In this document: piece after piece, positions 35,695 through 45,437 of the stretch | Numbering within the stretch: the first letter of the stretch is position 1 | Layout of the letters: the number at the start of each line of letters is the position of its first letter | IMG/VR virus record: IMGVR_UViG_3300044784_000011 | Reading direction: 5' to 3' (one strand) | Length of the DNA stretch: 64,000 bases | DNA from: a virus | The notes under the pieces: generated by a model | What the model was told of the DNA's origin: nothing | The model's input: only the letters and a program-made list of their open reading frames with translations | Databases searched by the model: none | Program-made: the position numbers and the translations under genes

Positions 35695-35939
35695 TGGGCG
35701 AGCAGATACCCCTTCAACCGGAACTCCTCGTGGAGTTCTTCGATGCGCTCCATCATGCTCGCCGGTTTTTTGCCAAGCGTGACGAGATGAACGCGGAGGT
35801 CCACTTGGCGGAGCCTCGCTGGAGCCCATTGACGTATCTCGTTGCCAACGCGGAGACGAAGCTCCAGGAGGTCCTGGAGGCCAACGCGATCATCGGTGCT
35901 CCCATCCAGCACGATGCCCACCCGAGGACGGAGTCATGA
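35691..35939 (+). CDS. Hypothetical protein
   Basis: ATGA overlap. Confidence 0.65.
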   Translation: MMGEQIPLQPELLVEFFDALHHARRFFAKRDEMNAEVHLAEPRWSPLTYLVANAETKLQEVLEANAIIGAPIQHDAHPRTES

Positions 35940-36247
35940 GCGCTGGGGTACGGCCGGAGTTCCAAGAGCGAGCGGAGCAGCCGGAGGCCAACCCGGACCT
36001 GGAGCTACGCGATCAGCAAATCCGTGAGGAGGCTGAGCGCCGGTTCCTCGCGCTCGTCCGGGAGCGGGACACCTTGAAGGATCGTGTGACGGAGTTGGAG
36101 CGCGGGTTCCGGCTTACCAAGCGGGCTTGGTCGCTCGCCAAGGACGTCATCTCTGACCGGTTCGGACCAGTCACAGGAAACCTTATCCGGCAAGGTATTG
36201 AGACACAGGTGGAGCGGGAGCTAGGTGCTCGTCTCTCCGACAGCTAG
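35936..36247 (+). CDS. Coiled-coil hypothetical protein
   Basis: ATGA overlap. Confidence 0.6.
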   Translation: MSAGVRPEFQERAEQPEANPDLELRDQQIREEAERRFLALVRERDTLKDRVTELERGFRLTKRAWSLAKDVISDRFGPVTGNLIRQGIETQVERELGARLSDS

Positions 36248-37730
36248 GGCGAGGCTCTGGCCGCGACTCCGGTACGAGCCGCACGAGGGCCAGTGCCTGA
36301 TCCACTCATCCCAGGCACGTCACCGTGTCGCTGTCGAGGGACGCAGGGCCGGTAAGTCGCAAACCGGAGGGCACGAGCTAACCGTTGAGGCAATCGCAAC
36401 GAAGCCGTTTGCTACGACGCTGTTGGAAGCTGGGCTGCGGCGCGAGTTCTGGATCATCGGTCCCGAGTACACGGACTCTGAGAAGGAGTACCGGGTGCTA
36501 TGGAACGATGTGCAGCGTCTCAGTATCCCAATGGACCACCCTGGCTCCTACAACAACCCGGAGGGCGGCCAGATGGTCATGTCGCTCTGGGACGGAGCAT
36601 TCATTGTTCACGCCAAGTCAGCGAAGTACCCTGGGACGCTCGTGGGCGAAAGCCTCGACGGTGTGATCATGGCCGAGGCGGCGAAGCTGAAGAAGATTGT
36701 CTGGACGAAGTATGTGCGCCCGATGCTGGCCGACACAAAGGGGTGGAGCCTGTGGCTTACAACACCAGAGGGAAAGAACTGGTTGTATTCCCTCTGGCAG
36801 CTAGGGCGGAACTCGCGAGCCAGAGACTGGGAGTCATGGCGCTTTGGCTCCTGGATCAATCACTTCGTCTTTCCGCAGGGAGCGACGACAGAAGGGATCA
36901 AGCTGCTCAAGACGGCCCAGGAAGCCAAGCGGCCGTTCACGCCCGAGCTTGTGGCAGCATCTGGGGTTGATGAAGAGATTGCGTCGATGATGGACGAGAT
37001 GTCGCCATCGCTTTTCGACCAGGAGGTCCAGGCCCTCTTCACCGAGTTCGTGGGAGCCGTCTTCAAGACTTGGGACGAGGAGTACCACGTTCAAGCCTTG
37101 ACCTACAACCCGGCGCTGCCCATCTTCGCGGCGATCGACTACGGCTGGACCAACCCGTTCGTTGTGCTACTCCTACAAGTCGATAAGAATGGCAATGTGT
37201 ACGTTCTGTCGGAGAATTATGAGACGGAGCGGGATACGGCTGAGGTCGCTGACGACCTCTCGCGACGGTGGCCGCTACTCTCCAAGGTCCGCACCATCTA
37301 CCCGGACCCGGCCGAGCCGGACGATACCCACACGTTGAAGAAGAAGTGGCGCGTCAGAGCGGCCACTAATACCGGCGGCGAACTCAAGACCCGGCTGGAG
37401 CTAATCCGGCGAGCGCTGAAGCCTGCGCTGATCGGGCATTATCCGCTGGGTACGGATGGCGCTCCAATAGTCGGTGGCCCGCGACTGCTTGTGGACCCGT
37501 CGTGCCACAACCTGATTCGAGAGATGCAAGACTATCGCTACCCGGAGACCAAGGAGGAAAGCCTGCGGAACCCGAACGACGAGCCGCTGGACAAGGATAA
37601 CCACGGCCCGGAGGCGCTGGGCAGGTTCTATCGTGGATACTTCGGTAAGATCGAGCGCCCATCCGGCTCTACAGTTCGTGGTTCGGGCCTGTCTGGAACA
37701 CCACAGCGACGACGGAAGCGAGTGGCCTAA
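36225..37730 (+). CDS. terL: Terminase large subunit
   Basis: GRRAGKS Walker A, GVIMAEAAK Walker B variant, TTPEGKNW, AIDYGWTNP and DKDNHGPEAL nuclease motifs. Confidence 0.93.
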   Translation: MLVSPTARARLWPRLRYEPHEGQCLIHSSQARHRVAVEGRRAGKSQTGGHELTVEAIATKPFATTLLEAGLRREFWIIGPEYTDSEKEYRVLWNDVQRLSIPMDHPGSYNNPEGGQMVMSLWDGAFIVHAKSAKYPGTLVGESLDGVIMAEAAKLKKIVWTKYVRPMLADTKGWSLWLTTPEGKNWLYSLWQLGRNSRARDWESWRFGSWINHFVFPQGATTEGIKLLKTAQEAKRPFTPELVAASGVDEEIASMMDEMSPSLFDQEVQALFTEFVGAVFKTWDEEYHVQALTYNPALPIFAAIDYGWTNPFVVLLLQVDKNGNVYVLSENYETERDTAEVADDLSRRWPLLSKVRTIYPDPAEPDDTHTLKKKWRVRAATNTGGELKTRLELIRRALKPALIGHYPLGTDGAPIVGGPRLLVDPSCHNLIREMQDYRYPETKEESLRNPNDEPLDKDNHGPEALGRFYRGYFGKIERPSGSTVRGSGLSGTPQRRRKRVA

Positions 37731-38134
37731 TGCAGCGGAGATTCGTATTCATTCGCGACGAAGATGAGACCGGGATATCCGGCGAAGGTCTCGTTGTCGA
37801 AGGGGTGCAATACTCCGACGGGCATTGCGCCTATCGCTGGATGACGGAACACCAGACCGATCAGCTAGCCGAGGACATCGAGCGGCTGCATGCGATCCAC
37901 GGTCATGGCGGCCGGACCCGCATTGTGTTCCTCGATACCGAAGGCGGAGCGCCGATCCCCGAAGCCATCCACGAGGTCCGTCCACTCTCGATTGAGGCCC
38001 AGGCTCGCTGGGGACGTTACTGCCCTGGATGTGGTGCGCTCAAAGGCTTCCCGGCGACGGCTGACGGCGGAGTCGAGCAGTACCGCTCCCATCAACACGC
38101 CTGGCTGCCGCTCCCGCCCAAGGATTCGCTGTGA
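37730..38134 (+). CDS. Hypothetical protein
   Basis: TAATG coupling; RDEDETGISGEG.V.EGVQY.DG pattern. Confidence 0.7.
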   Translation: MQRRFVFIRDEDETGISGEGLVVEGVQYSDGHCAYRWMTEHQTDQLAEDIERLHAIHGHGGRTRIVFLDTEGGAPIPEAIHEVRPLSIEAQARWGRYCPGCGALKGFPATADGGVEQYRSHQHAWLPLPPKDSL

Positions 38135-38622
38135 GCCGAGCCGAGGACGAGCATCCGAGACCTAGACGACCGGCTCATTGGTCGCAGCGGGACTGGAAGG
38201 CGCTCAAGCTCTATCTCGGCTGGGTGCGTGACCGGCTCGGGCTACGCGACTGGGAGGTCATCCTCTCCCACGAGACCACAGCCGACAACGACGACTGCGA
38301 TGCGCTCGCCTCCATACACCCCACAGACGGGAGACGGCGGGCAGTGCTTCGCCTTGACCGGGACTTCCGCGAGTTCCCGCCCGTCGAGCAGCGCAACGCG
38401 CTTGTCCACGAGCTAACTCATCTCCACCATCGTGACGCAACGGATATCATCCGGCTGACGCTTCCGGTCGCGCTGGGTGGAGTAGCCTACAATATCCTGT
38501 GGGAGAACTTCCGGCAGCAGGTTGAGTTGATGGTTGATAATATCGCCATACCAATCGCAGAGATGTTCCCCGTTCCATCCTGGCCCGAGCCGAAGCGCAA
38601 GAAGAAGGGGAAGAAGCCTTGA
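38131..38622 (+). CDS. Small HExxH metallopeptidase-like protein
   Basis: EQRNALVHELTHLHH; basic C-terminus. Confidence 0.7.
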   Translation: MSRAEDEHPRPRRPAHWSQRDWKALKLYLGWVRDRLGLRDWEVILSHETTADNDDCDALASIHPTDGRRRAVLRLDRDFREFPPVEQRNALVHELTHLHHRDATDIIRLTLPVALGGVAYNILWENFRQQVELMVDNIAIPIAEMFPVPSWPEPKRKKKGKKP

Positions 38623-40172
38623 CCGTCGCTTGGACGCCATACAGCACGGCCCGGCCATTGATGGAGAACCTGCCGGGTTGGGTTCCGGCGGCCGAGCAGG
38701 AGCGCATTGCCTCATACCAACTGTATGAGCAGATCTATTGGGGCCACCCGACCGTCTTCAAGCTCACGTCCCGAGGCTTGGAGAATAACCCGATCTACAT
38801 ACCAAGTGCTCGCACCATTGTGGACACGACGGCTCGCTATGTGTGCAAGGATCTGGGACACGTGATCAAGGAGGGACTAGACCCGGCCGTCACCCCCAAC
38901 GAGGCAGATCGGGCTGGGCTCGCCTTCGCGCTCGATACCCTGCACAAGCGTGAGAAGTTCTTCAGCAACTTCCATGCCAACAAGCTGTATGGGATCATGC
39001 GCGGAGACTGGCTATTCCACGTGTTCGCTGACCCAGACCGGGCGGATGGCAAGCGAATCTCCATTCAAGGCGTCGATCCCACGTCGTACTTCCCCATCTA
39101 CCGGGACATCACGGACCCAAGCACTCTTGAAGCTGTGGCGCTAGCAGACCTCGTGGCGATCGGTGACAAGACCTTCGTACGGAGACTGTTGTACCGACAG
39201 GAAGTGAACGACCAGGGCGACAAGACCATCTTCCGCTCGCTGTTCTACTTCGATCCGGAGGGAGGCGAGTGGCTGGACTTGGAGAAGGACCCAGAGACGG
39301 TGCCGCCCGAGTTTGAGACCTTGGCGGAGGAACAGCTTGACCCGGCCATTCAGGCGATCCCTGTGTACCACGTCCGCAACAACCCAACCGCCAACCGGCC
39401 GTTCGGGTCGAGTGAGGTCCGAGGCATTGAGCGTCTGTTCGCCGCGATCAACCAGGGGATCAGCGACGAGGAGCTAAGCCTGGCGTTGGATGGGCTCGGT
39501 ATGTATGCGACGGAGGGTGGTCCTCCTCGCGACGCGGACGGGAACGAGCTACCGGCGTGGCCCCTGGGCCCAGGGCGTGTTGTCGAGACGGACCCTGACT
39601 CGAACTTCCGGCGAGTCACCGGCATCTCGACCGTGGCTCCGTACCTAGAGCACGTCAACTGGATCAGGGACGCGGCTCGCGAGGCCACCGGCGCGAATGA
39701 CGTTGCAATCGGCAAGGTTGACGTAAGTGTGGCAGAGTCAGGGATTGCGCTAGCGATCCGGATGGACCCCTTGCTTTCCCGTGTCGGGTATTACGACCTG
39801 GACGCCACCGACACGCTTGCCAACTTGTGGTACGACCTACAAACTGGGTGGTTCCCGGCGTACGAGCGACAGAGCTTCCTCTCGGTCATGGTGGAGGCGA
39901 CGCTCGGGTCCAAGCTCCCGGTCAACCGCAAGGAGAAGTTCGCGGAGCTTGTGCTAATGCTCACGAACAGCGTGATCACTGGTGAGTTCTTCCTCACCGA
40001 AGCGGAGAAGCTAGGCTACAAGTTCCCGGACGGAGCCGCAGCGATGGCGGCCGCAGCGATGGCGGAGAAGGCGGCTAGCACGGCCGCTGCCGACCCGTTT
40101 GCGGCCAGAGGCGGAGAGGAGCTTGCTGGAGGGAACGATGGACCCGTACCAGCCGAGGAGGTCCCAGCGTGA
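38619..40172 (+). CDS. Portal protein
   Basis: Position after TerL; size; ERIASYQLYEQIYW, PVYHVRN..FGSSE..G, SGIAL. Confidence 0.9.
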   Translation: MTVAWTPYSTARPLMENLPGWVPAAEQERIASYQLYEQIYWGHPTVFKLTSRGLENNPIYIPSARTIVDTTARYVCKDLGHVIKEGLDPAVTPNEADRAGLAFALDTLHKREKFFSNFHANKLYGIMRGDWLFHVFADPDRADGKRISIQGVDPTSYFPIYRDITDPSTLEAVALADLVAIGDKTFVRRLLYRQEVNDQGDKTIFRSLFYFDPEGGEWLDLEKDPETVPPEFETLAEEQLDPAIQAIPVYHVRNNPTANRPFGSSEVRGIERLFAAINQGISDEELSLALDGLGMYATEGGPPRDADGNELPAWPLGPGRVVETDPDSNFRRVTGISTVAPYLEHVNWIRDAAREATGANDVAIGKVDVSVAESGIALAIRMDPLLSRVGYYDLDATDTLANLWYDLQTGWFPAYERQSFLSVMVEATLGSKLPVNRKEKFAELVLMLTNSVITGEFFLTEAEKLGYKFPDGAAAMAAAAMAEKAASTAAADPFAARGGEELAGGNDGPVPAEEVPA

Positions 40173-40360
40173 GCACCCCTGGTCGCCGGAAGTCGTTGCG
40201 GGCGTTGGGGAGGCGGAAGCGTAGCAACACGGCTCGCATCGCGGCCGGCAAGAAGCCGATCCTTGGGGGCAAGCCGGTCTCCCCATCGACCTTCCGCAAG
40301 AGGACCGGCGCATCCACATCCAGGAAGAAGGCGCAGCAGCGTCAGAAGGCGAGGAAGTAA
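40169..40360 (+). CDS. Highly basic K/R-rich peptide
   Basis: GTGA overlap; GGAGG RBS; very high K/R content. Confidence 0.6.
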   Translation: MSTPGRRKSLRALGRRKRSNTARIAAGKKPILGGKPVSPSTFRKRTGASTSRKKAQQRQKARK

Positions 40361-40539
40361 TGGCAACCCGAGCCATCTTCATTCGGCAGGCCGGTCAGAC
40401 AGCGACCTTCCAGGCGTCGCTCGTCAAGCAGCAGTTCGGCGGAGCCACTAGCGGAGGCAACATGGCCGCCGGTCGGTTCACCACTGGCCCGTCCCGTCCC
40501 AACTCCGGTCTCGTTCGCGGCACGACCATCAAGCGATAG
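40360..40539 (+). CDS. 59-aa Gly/Thr-rich microprotein (absent from ORF track)
   Basis: TAATG coupling; GAGGA RBS; MATRAIFIRQ...TTIKR. Confidence 0.6.
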   Translation: MATRAIFIRQAGQTATFQASLVKQQFGGATSGGNMAAGRFTTGPSRPNSGLVRGTTIKR

Positions 40540-40542
40540 CGT

Positions 40543-42123
40543 GTGCCCGTCCTCGTCCCGCAACTCCAGCAGGGCAACCTTGCGCGTTACCTCTCCGAGC
40601 AGCGCGTCACTGAAGCTGTGTTACGTGAACAGCTTCTGGCAGCGTCGCTCGATGCCGAGGAGCGGATTCGCCGCCTAGCGGGACGAGAGGGGATCGGCGC
40701 AAGGGTCCGGGCTGCGCAGCTATCCGTGGCCCGCATTGAGCTTGCGAAGATCGTTGATGCTTCGATGTCGGGACCGGTTCAACGTGCCATCGAGGATGGG
40801 GTTAGGCGCAGCGCGGAGACAGCCGGAGTCTCGTTCTTCAAAGTCCTCGATGTGTTAGAGGGCCAGCTAGGGAAGATACCCGGCTTGCGCGAGGGGATTA
40901 TTGCCCAGGCTCGGCGCGGAGCGGACAACCTGATCTCACGAGGGATGAACAACATTCCCTTGTCCCGCCAGGTCTACCGAACTGGTGCACTTGCCAAAGA
41001 CCAGCTGTACCGGACGATCAACAATATGGTCGCCACCGGGTCGAGTTGGAGCGAGCTTGCGGCCGAGGCTCGGAAGTTCATCTCACCGTTCACGCCGGGA
41101 GGCGTCGGCTCGGCTGCGAAACGCTTAGCCCGCACAGAGTTGAACAATGCCTTCCACACTACGCAGATCAGGACGACGCTGACGAACCCGTTCGTGGAGG
41201 GCTACAAGTGGCAACTCTCCGGTAGCCATCCGAGACCCGACCAGTGCAACGCTTATGCGGACTACAATGGGACGGGAGTCTTTAGCAAGGCGAACGTTCC
41301 GGGGAAGCCACACCCGAACTGCTTGTGCTTCCTCTTGTACGAGACGCCTTCTGTCGAGGAGTTCCAGAACAAGTTCCTCACCGGCGGCTACGACCACTGG
41401 CTGGACGAGTTCGTGGAGGGGAACGCTCCTCATCTCTCCAGTGCGCTCAAGAAGTCGGTCAAGGCGAGACCTCAGGTGCCAGTCAAACGTGTGCAGAAGC
41501 GTGCAGCGCCACAACGTGAACGTCCCTGGCTAGATGAGTCTCAGCGTATCCACTCTACGGACTTCGAGGATGCGACCAACCTCCGGGAGCGTCTGGCCCG
41601 CGAGCTTGCCGATGACCGGGAATATCAGCAGTGGCTCGCTGATATGGACTTGTGGACGCAGGACTTCGATACGGTCAACGAGGTTCGGCGTCACGTCCTA
41701 GAGTTATTCCGAGGAGCGACGCGGGAAGGTCGGGAGCGAGCAGACAGGATTCTTTCTGCGCTGGAGCAGGCGGAGGCGAACGCACCAACCCTGCATCGCG
41801 GCATTGGTGTGAAGAAATCTGAGGTTGGTTCGATCCGCCCTGGGCAGGAAATCGACATCAATATGTCGTCATGGTCAGCGAACCGGGAGATTGGCGAGGA
41901 CTTCGCTGAGTTCAACATCTTCGAGGACGACATGGTTGGCGTGGTGTACGAGCTAGTACCCGGCTCACAATCGCTGAACATCTCGCCGTACGCGGCTGAG
42001 ATGATGATCCCACAGGTAGAGTGGATCACGGCTGGACGTTATCAGGTCCGGGCTAGAGTCTTCGACAAGGCCAATCAGGTCTGGCGCGTCAAGCTCAAGC
42101 AGATAGGGACGTTCACGCGATGA
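40543..42123 (+). CDS. MuF-like minor head protein fused to a C-terminal ADP-ribosyltransferase domain
   Basis: RLARTE..., YKW, DQC, PHPNCLC (MuF); LHRG / MSSWS / QVEW (R-S-QxE ART motifs). Confidence 0.8.
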   Translation: MPVLVPQLQQGNLARYLSEQRVTEAVLREQLLAASLDAEERIRRLAGREGIGARVRAAQLSVARIELAKIVDASMSGPVQRAIEDGVRRSAETAGVSFFKVLDVLEGQLGKIPGLREGIIAQARRGADNLISRGMNNIPLSRQVYRTGALAKDQLYRTINNMVATGSSWSELAAEARKFISPFTPGGVGSAAKRLARTELNNAFHTTQIRTTLTNPFVEGYKWQLSGSHPRPDQCNAYADYNGTGVFSKANVPGKPHPNCLCFLLYETPSVEEFQNKFLTGGYDHWLDEFVEGNAPHLSSALKKSVKARPQVPVKRVQKRAAPQRERPWLDESQRIHSTDFEDATNLRERLARELADDREYQQWLADMDLWTQDFDTVNEVRRHVLELFRGATREGRERADRILSALEQAEANAPTLHRGIGVKKSEVGSIRPGQEIDINMSSWSANREIGEDFAEFNIFEDDMVGVVYELVPGSQSLNISPYAAEMMIPQVEWITAGRYQVRARVFDKANQVWRVKLKQIGTFTR

Positions 42124-42245
42124 AGCGCATACCTGGGACAGAATTCAAAGAGACAAAGAGCACCAAGAGGATCAGCGGGTTCGCAGAATTCAAAAAGCAA
42201 TGGTTAGCGAAGCAGAGGCGACGGCTCCGGCGTCGCTCCACCTAA
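42120..42245 (+). CDS. 41-aa basic microprotein coupled to MuF-ART (absent from ORF track)
   Basis: ATGA overlap; MKRIPGTEFKETKSTKRISGFAEFKKQWLAKQRRRLRRRST. Confidence 0.45.
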   Translation: MKRIPGTEFKETKSTKRISGFAEFKKQWLAKQRRRLRRRST

Positions 42246-42299
42246 GCTATACTCCACGACTAATCCAGTTCCAACACCCTTCAGAGGAGGGTTTCGCCC

Positions 42300-43109
42300 A
42301 TGAGTCAGAGGCTCAGGGACCAGCTTCACCGATCGGGCCTGCTCGCCCGTCCGCAGATCATCGGCTGGGACCGGCTCCACCGGCCCATCTGGAGTGTCGC
42401 AGGCGGCAGCGTGACCGATCCCGGCGACAGTGGCGCCGATGACACCGGCGGCGACGACGACGGAGGCGAAGGGGACGACAGCGGCGACAGTGGCGCCGAT
42501 GACGACTCTGACTCTGCTGACGATGCCGACGATGACAAGGACAAGGACAAGCCGCAGGACCGGCGTTCAGCGGACGCCGAGCGGAGGAAGCGCGAAGAGG
42601 ACGAGCGAGCGCGGAAGACTCGTGCCAAGATCGCAGCGGCAGACAAGCGTGCATCCGAGGCAGAGAAGCGCTACCGGGACGCGCGTGCGGAGTTGGACAA
42701 GGACCGGCCAGAGGTCGAGCGCGTCAAGGGCGAGCTTGCCGAGGCAGAGGGACGAGTCTCGCACCTCACGTCCGTCAACCGGGAACTCGCACTCCAAGTC
42801 GCCTTCTTCCGCAACAGCAAGGTGGACTGGGTGGACCCATCGGACGCGATGTACATCGCGCTCCGCGAGCTTGCCGACCTCGAAGTGGAAGAGGACGGCT
42901 CGACGGACGACGCTGAGGTGTCGAAGGTCATCGCTCGGATGGTCAAGGAGAAGCAGCACCTGGTTCGCCGTTCCCAGCCCAAGAGCGGTGCTGGCGTCGG
43001 CGGAGGCAAGAAGCAGGACAACGGACTTCCTAGCGGTCTCACTGCAGATCAAGCGGCGATGGCCCCAGCGGTTCGCTCCCGGCTCATCCAGCCGAACAAG
43101 CCCGCATAG
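42300..43109 (+). CDS. Capsid scaffolding protein
   Basis: Asp/Gly-rich linker, coiled coil, W.DP.DA domain; upstream TATACT -10 (42248) and GAGGAGG RBS. Confidence 0.85.
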   Translation: MSQRLRDQLHRSGLLARPQIIGWDRLHRPIWSVAGGSVTDPGDSGADDTGGDDDGGEGDDSGDSGADDDSDSADDADDDKDKDKPQDRRSADAERRKREEDERARKTRAKIAAADKRASEAEKRYRDARAELDKDRPEVERVKGELAEAEGRVSHLTSVNRELALQVAFFRNSKVDWVDPSDAMYIALRELADLEVEEDGSTDDAEVSKVIARMVKEKQHLVRRSQPKSGAGVGGGKKQDNGLPSGLTADQAAMAPAVRSRLIQPNKPA

Positions 43110-43127
43110 CCCCCACAAGGAGGGGTG

Positions 43128-43523
43128 ATGGCGAGGTACGACAAGTATGGTCCGAGAACAGGAGGCTTTCGAGCGCCGGTCGCAGCGGCCGTGCTCGCGG
43201 CTGACCTGAGCAAGCCGTTCGCGGTGGGTCTCGACGCCAACGGCCGAGTGGTGAAGGGTGCCGGGACCTCCGGCATCCTCGGCATCATGGTCAACACCAA
43301 GGCCAAGGCGGTCGGTGATATCGTGGACGTCATGACCGCCGGTGAGATCGTGGAGGCGACGCTGTCCGACGGCACCACGCCACTCACCGCTGGGGCGCGT
43401 GTGTGGGGGATCGGTGCGACCGGTCTCCTGGCGCTCGCCACGGCGGTCGGGTCCAAGCCGATCGGGTACGCTGTCGAAGCGTCCCGGCTGGTGGTCCGCG
43501 TCGGCGTCCAGGCTGCTGAGTAG
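43128..43523 (+). CDS. Capsid decoration protein
   Basis: MARYDKY..GGFRA..AVGLDANGRVVKG..GDIVDVMTAGEIV; between scaffold and capsid. Confidence 0.75.
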   Translation: MARYDKYGPRTGGFRAPVAAAVLAADLSKPFAVGLDANGRVVKGAGTSGILGIMVNTKAKAVGDIVDVMTAGEIVEATLSDGTTPLTAGARVWGIGATGLLALATAVGSKPIGYAVEASRLVVRVGVQAAE

Positions 43524-43538
43524 GGGAGGAGGAAGACT

Positions 43539-44801
43539 GTGCAGAGCCACAATATCGCACTACTGGAAGCGTCGCGGCAGAAGCTGTACCGCCCGGCCGC
43601 TCCCAAGATCGTCCTGCCCGGCTTCGCCTCTCCGCGAGGCATCCACCGGGGCATGGAGCCGATCGACTGGAGGAAGCTCGGGCTGTACCCCGGCATCGCC
43701 GGAGGTTCCCGAGGCGTCAACACTGAGGGCGATGTCCTTACCACCACCACGGATGGGCGGGACCTCAACCAGCTGTGGGCTGACTTCCAGGCCATCCTCG
43801 GTGCGTGGAACGCTCAGCGGCAGGCCATCATCAACTTCCTTACCTTCACGGTCACGGAGCCGGTGGAGGACGTGCCGCAGGTGCCTACGGTGGACTTCGA
43901 GGAGGCGTCGGAGTTCGGTGAGCCCAAGCGGATCAGGGGAGTCTCGTACTTCTCCCTGGCATACGACTTCCGCTGGTACGACATCGGCGTCAGCTACACC
44001 TGGAAGTTCCTCCTGGGTGCGTCGGCCAACCAGTTGGCGACCCTGAACAACCAGGTGCTGGAGGCTGATAACCGGCTCGTCTTCAGCCGGGTCCTCAAGG
44101 CGATCTTCAACAACGTCAATAGGACCACGGACCTGAACGGGACCGTGTACAACGTGTACCCGTTCTACAACAACGACGGCACCGTGCCGCCACCCTGGAA
44201 GAACAACACGCACCTCTCCACCCACACCCACTTCCTGAACTCCGCGTCCACCACCACGAACATCTACGACGCCACCGACCTCGACGCGATCGAGACCCAC
44301 CTGACCCACCACGGCTTCGGTGCCGACGTGGGCAGCCGGATCGTCCTGATGTTCAACTCTGCCAACACCGCGATCGTGCGGGGGCTGCGGGCCGGGGTGG
44401 CCAACTCCAAGTACGACTTCATCCCATCCACGTCCCAGCCCGCCTTCCTCGCCTCCGGGCTGGTCGGCGGCGGGCAGCCCGCAGGGACCATCGCCGGTCT
44501 CAACGTCATCGGCTCTTGGGGCAACCTCCTGATCGTGGAGGACGACTGGATGCCGGCCGGGTACATCTTCGGGTTCGCCACCGGTGGGGCCAACGCGGCC
44601 GACAACCCGGTGGGCATCCGGGAGAACCCGCGTGCGCCGGGCCTGCGGCTCGTCAAGGGTGCGCAGCCCGACTACCCGCTCATCGACTCCTTCTACAACC
44701 GGGGTCTCGGGACGGGCGTGCGCAAGCGGGGTGCCGGCGTCGTCATGGACATCGTCACCGCGCCGGGCACCGGCTACACCATCCCGACCGCGTACGTCTA
44801 G
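43539..44801 (+). CDS. Major capsid protein
   Basis: Strongest codon bias, GGAGGAGG RBS, size and position; FEEASEFGEP, PLIDSFY.RG.G.GVR. Confidence 0.9.
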   Translation: MQSHNIALLEASRQKLYRPAAPKIVLPGFASPRGIHRGMEPIDWRKLGLYPGIAGGSRGVNTEGDVLTTTTDGRDLNQLWADFQAILGAWNAQRQAIINFLTFTVTEPVEDVPQVPTVDFEEASEFGEPKRIRGVSYFSLAYDFRWYDIGVSYTWKFLLGASANQLATLNNQVLEADNRLVFSRVLKAIFNNVNRTTDLNGTVYNVYPFYNNDGTVPPPWKNNTHLSTHTHFLNSASTTTNIYDATDLDAIETHLTHHGFGADVGSRIVLMFNSANTAIVRGLRAGVANSKYDFIPSTSQPAFLASGLVGGGQPAGTIAGLNVIGSWGNLLIVEDDWMPAGYIFGFATGGANAADNPVGIRENPRAPGLRLVKGAQPDYPLIDSFYNRGLGTGVRKRGAGVVMDIVTAPGTGYTIPTAYV

Positions 44802-44822
44802 GCCACGAGAGGAGGAAACTCG

Positions 44823-45428
44823 TTGAGCACCATGAACGTCAACGACATCGAGGAAGGCCTGCGCCGTCTCCTCGCTGTCAAGTCCGGTGCCGAGGAGCCG
44901 ACTCGGCTGGAGCGCATCCAGCTGAACGACCCGGCCGAATGGAACGACGATGACTGGGAGTTCGCGAACCAGCGCGGACTCGTCCCACTCGAACTCCAGA
45001 GCGAGTACCAGCGTCGGGTGATCGAGCGTCGGCACCGCAAGGAACTGGAGGCGCTCCAGGGTGGACTGCCGGAGAACTTCACCGGCAACAACCCGGTCAC
45101 CGGCACTGCTACTGTCTCGCCTCCGCCCGTCTCCCAGACGCTGGACGCAGGAGACCGTTTGCGCCAGATCGAACTGCAGCAGGCTCAGCTGCAGATGGAA
45201 GCGGACGCGCTGCAGGCGTCGGGTTCTGCCGATGACGGCGACGACGCGGAGGCCAAGTACAGCCGGCAGACCGTGCCGCAGCTGCAGGCAGAGATCAGCC
45301 GCCGCAACGCCGACCGCGACGAGGACGACACCATCGAGCCGGACTCCCAGCGCAAGGCCGACCTGGTCACCGCGCTTGTGGAGGACGACGAGATGCAGTC
45401 GGAGAGGAGCACCGAGCCGGTCGAGTAG
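44823..45428 (+). CDS. Hypothetical protein with C-terminal HeH/SAP-like motif
   Basis: YSRQTVPQLQAEI..R......RKADLVTAL. Confidence 0.7.
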   Translation: MSTMNVNDIEEGLRRLLAVKSGAEEPTRLERIQLNDPAEWNDDDWEFANQRGLVPLELQSEYQRRVIERRHRKELEALQGGLPENFTGNNPVTGTATVSPPPVSQTLDAGDRLRQIELQQAQLQMEADALQASGSADDGDDAEAKYSRQTVPQLQAEISRRNADRDEDDTIEPDSQRKADLVTALVEDDEMQSERSTEPVE

Positions 45429-45437
45429 GTGACCGGG

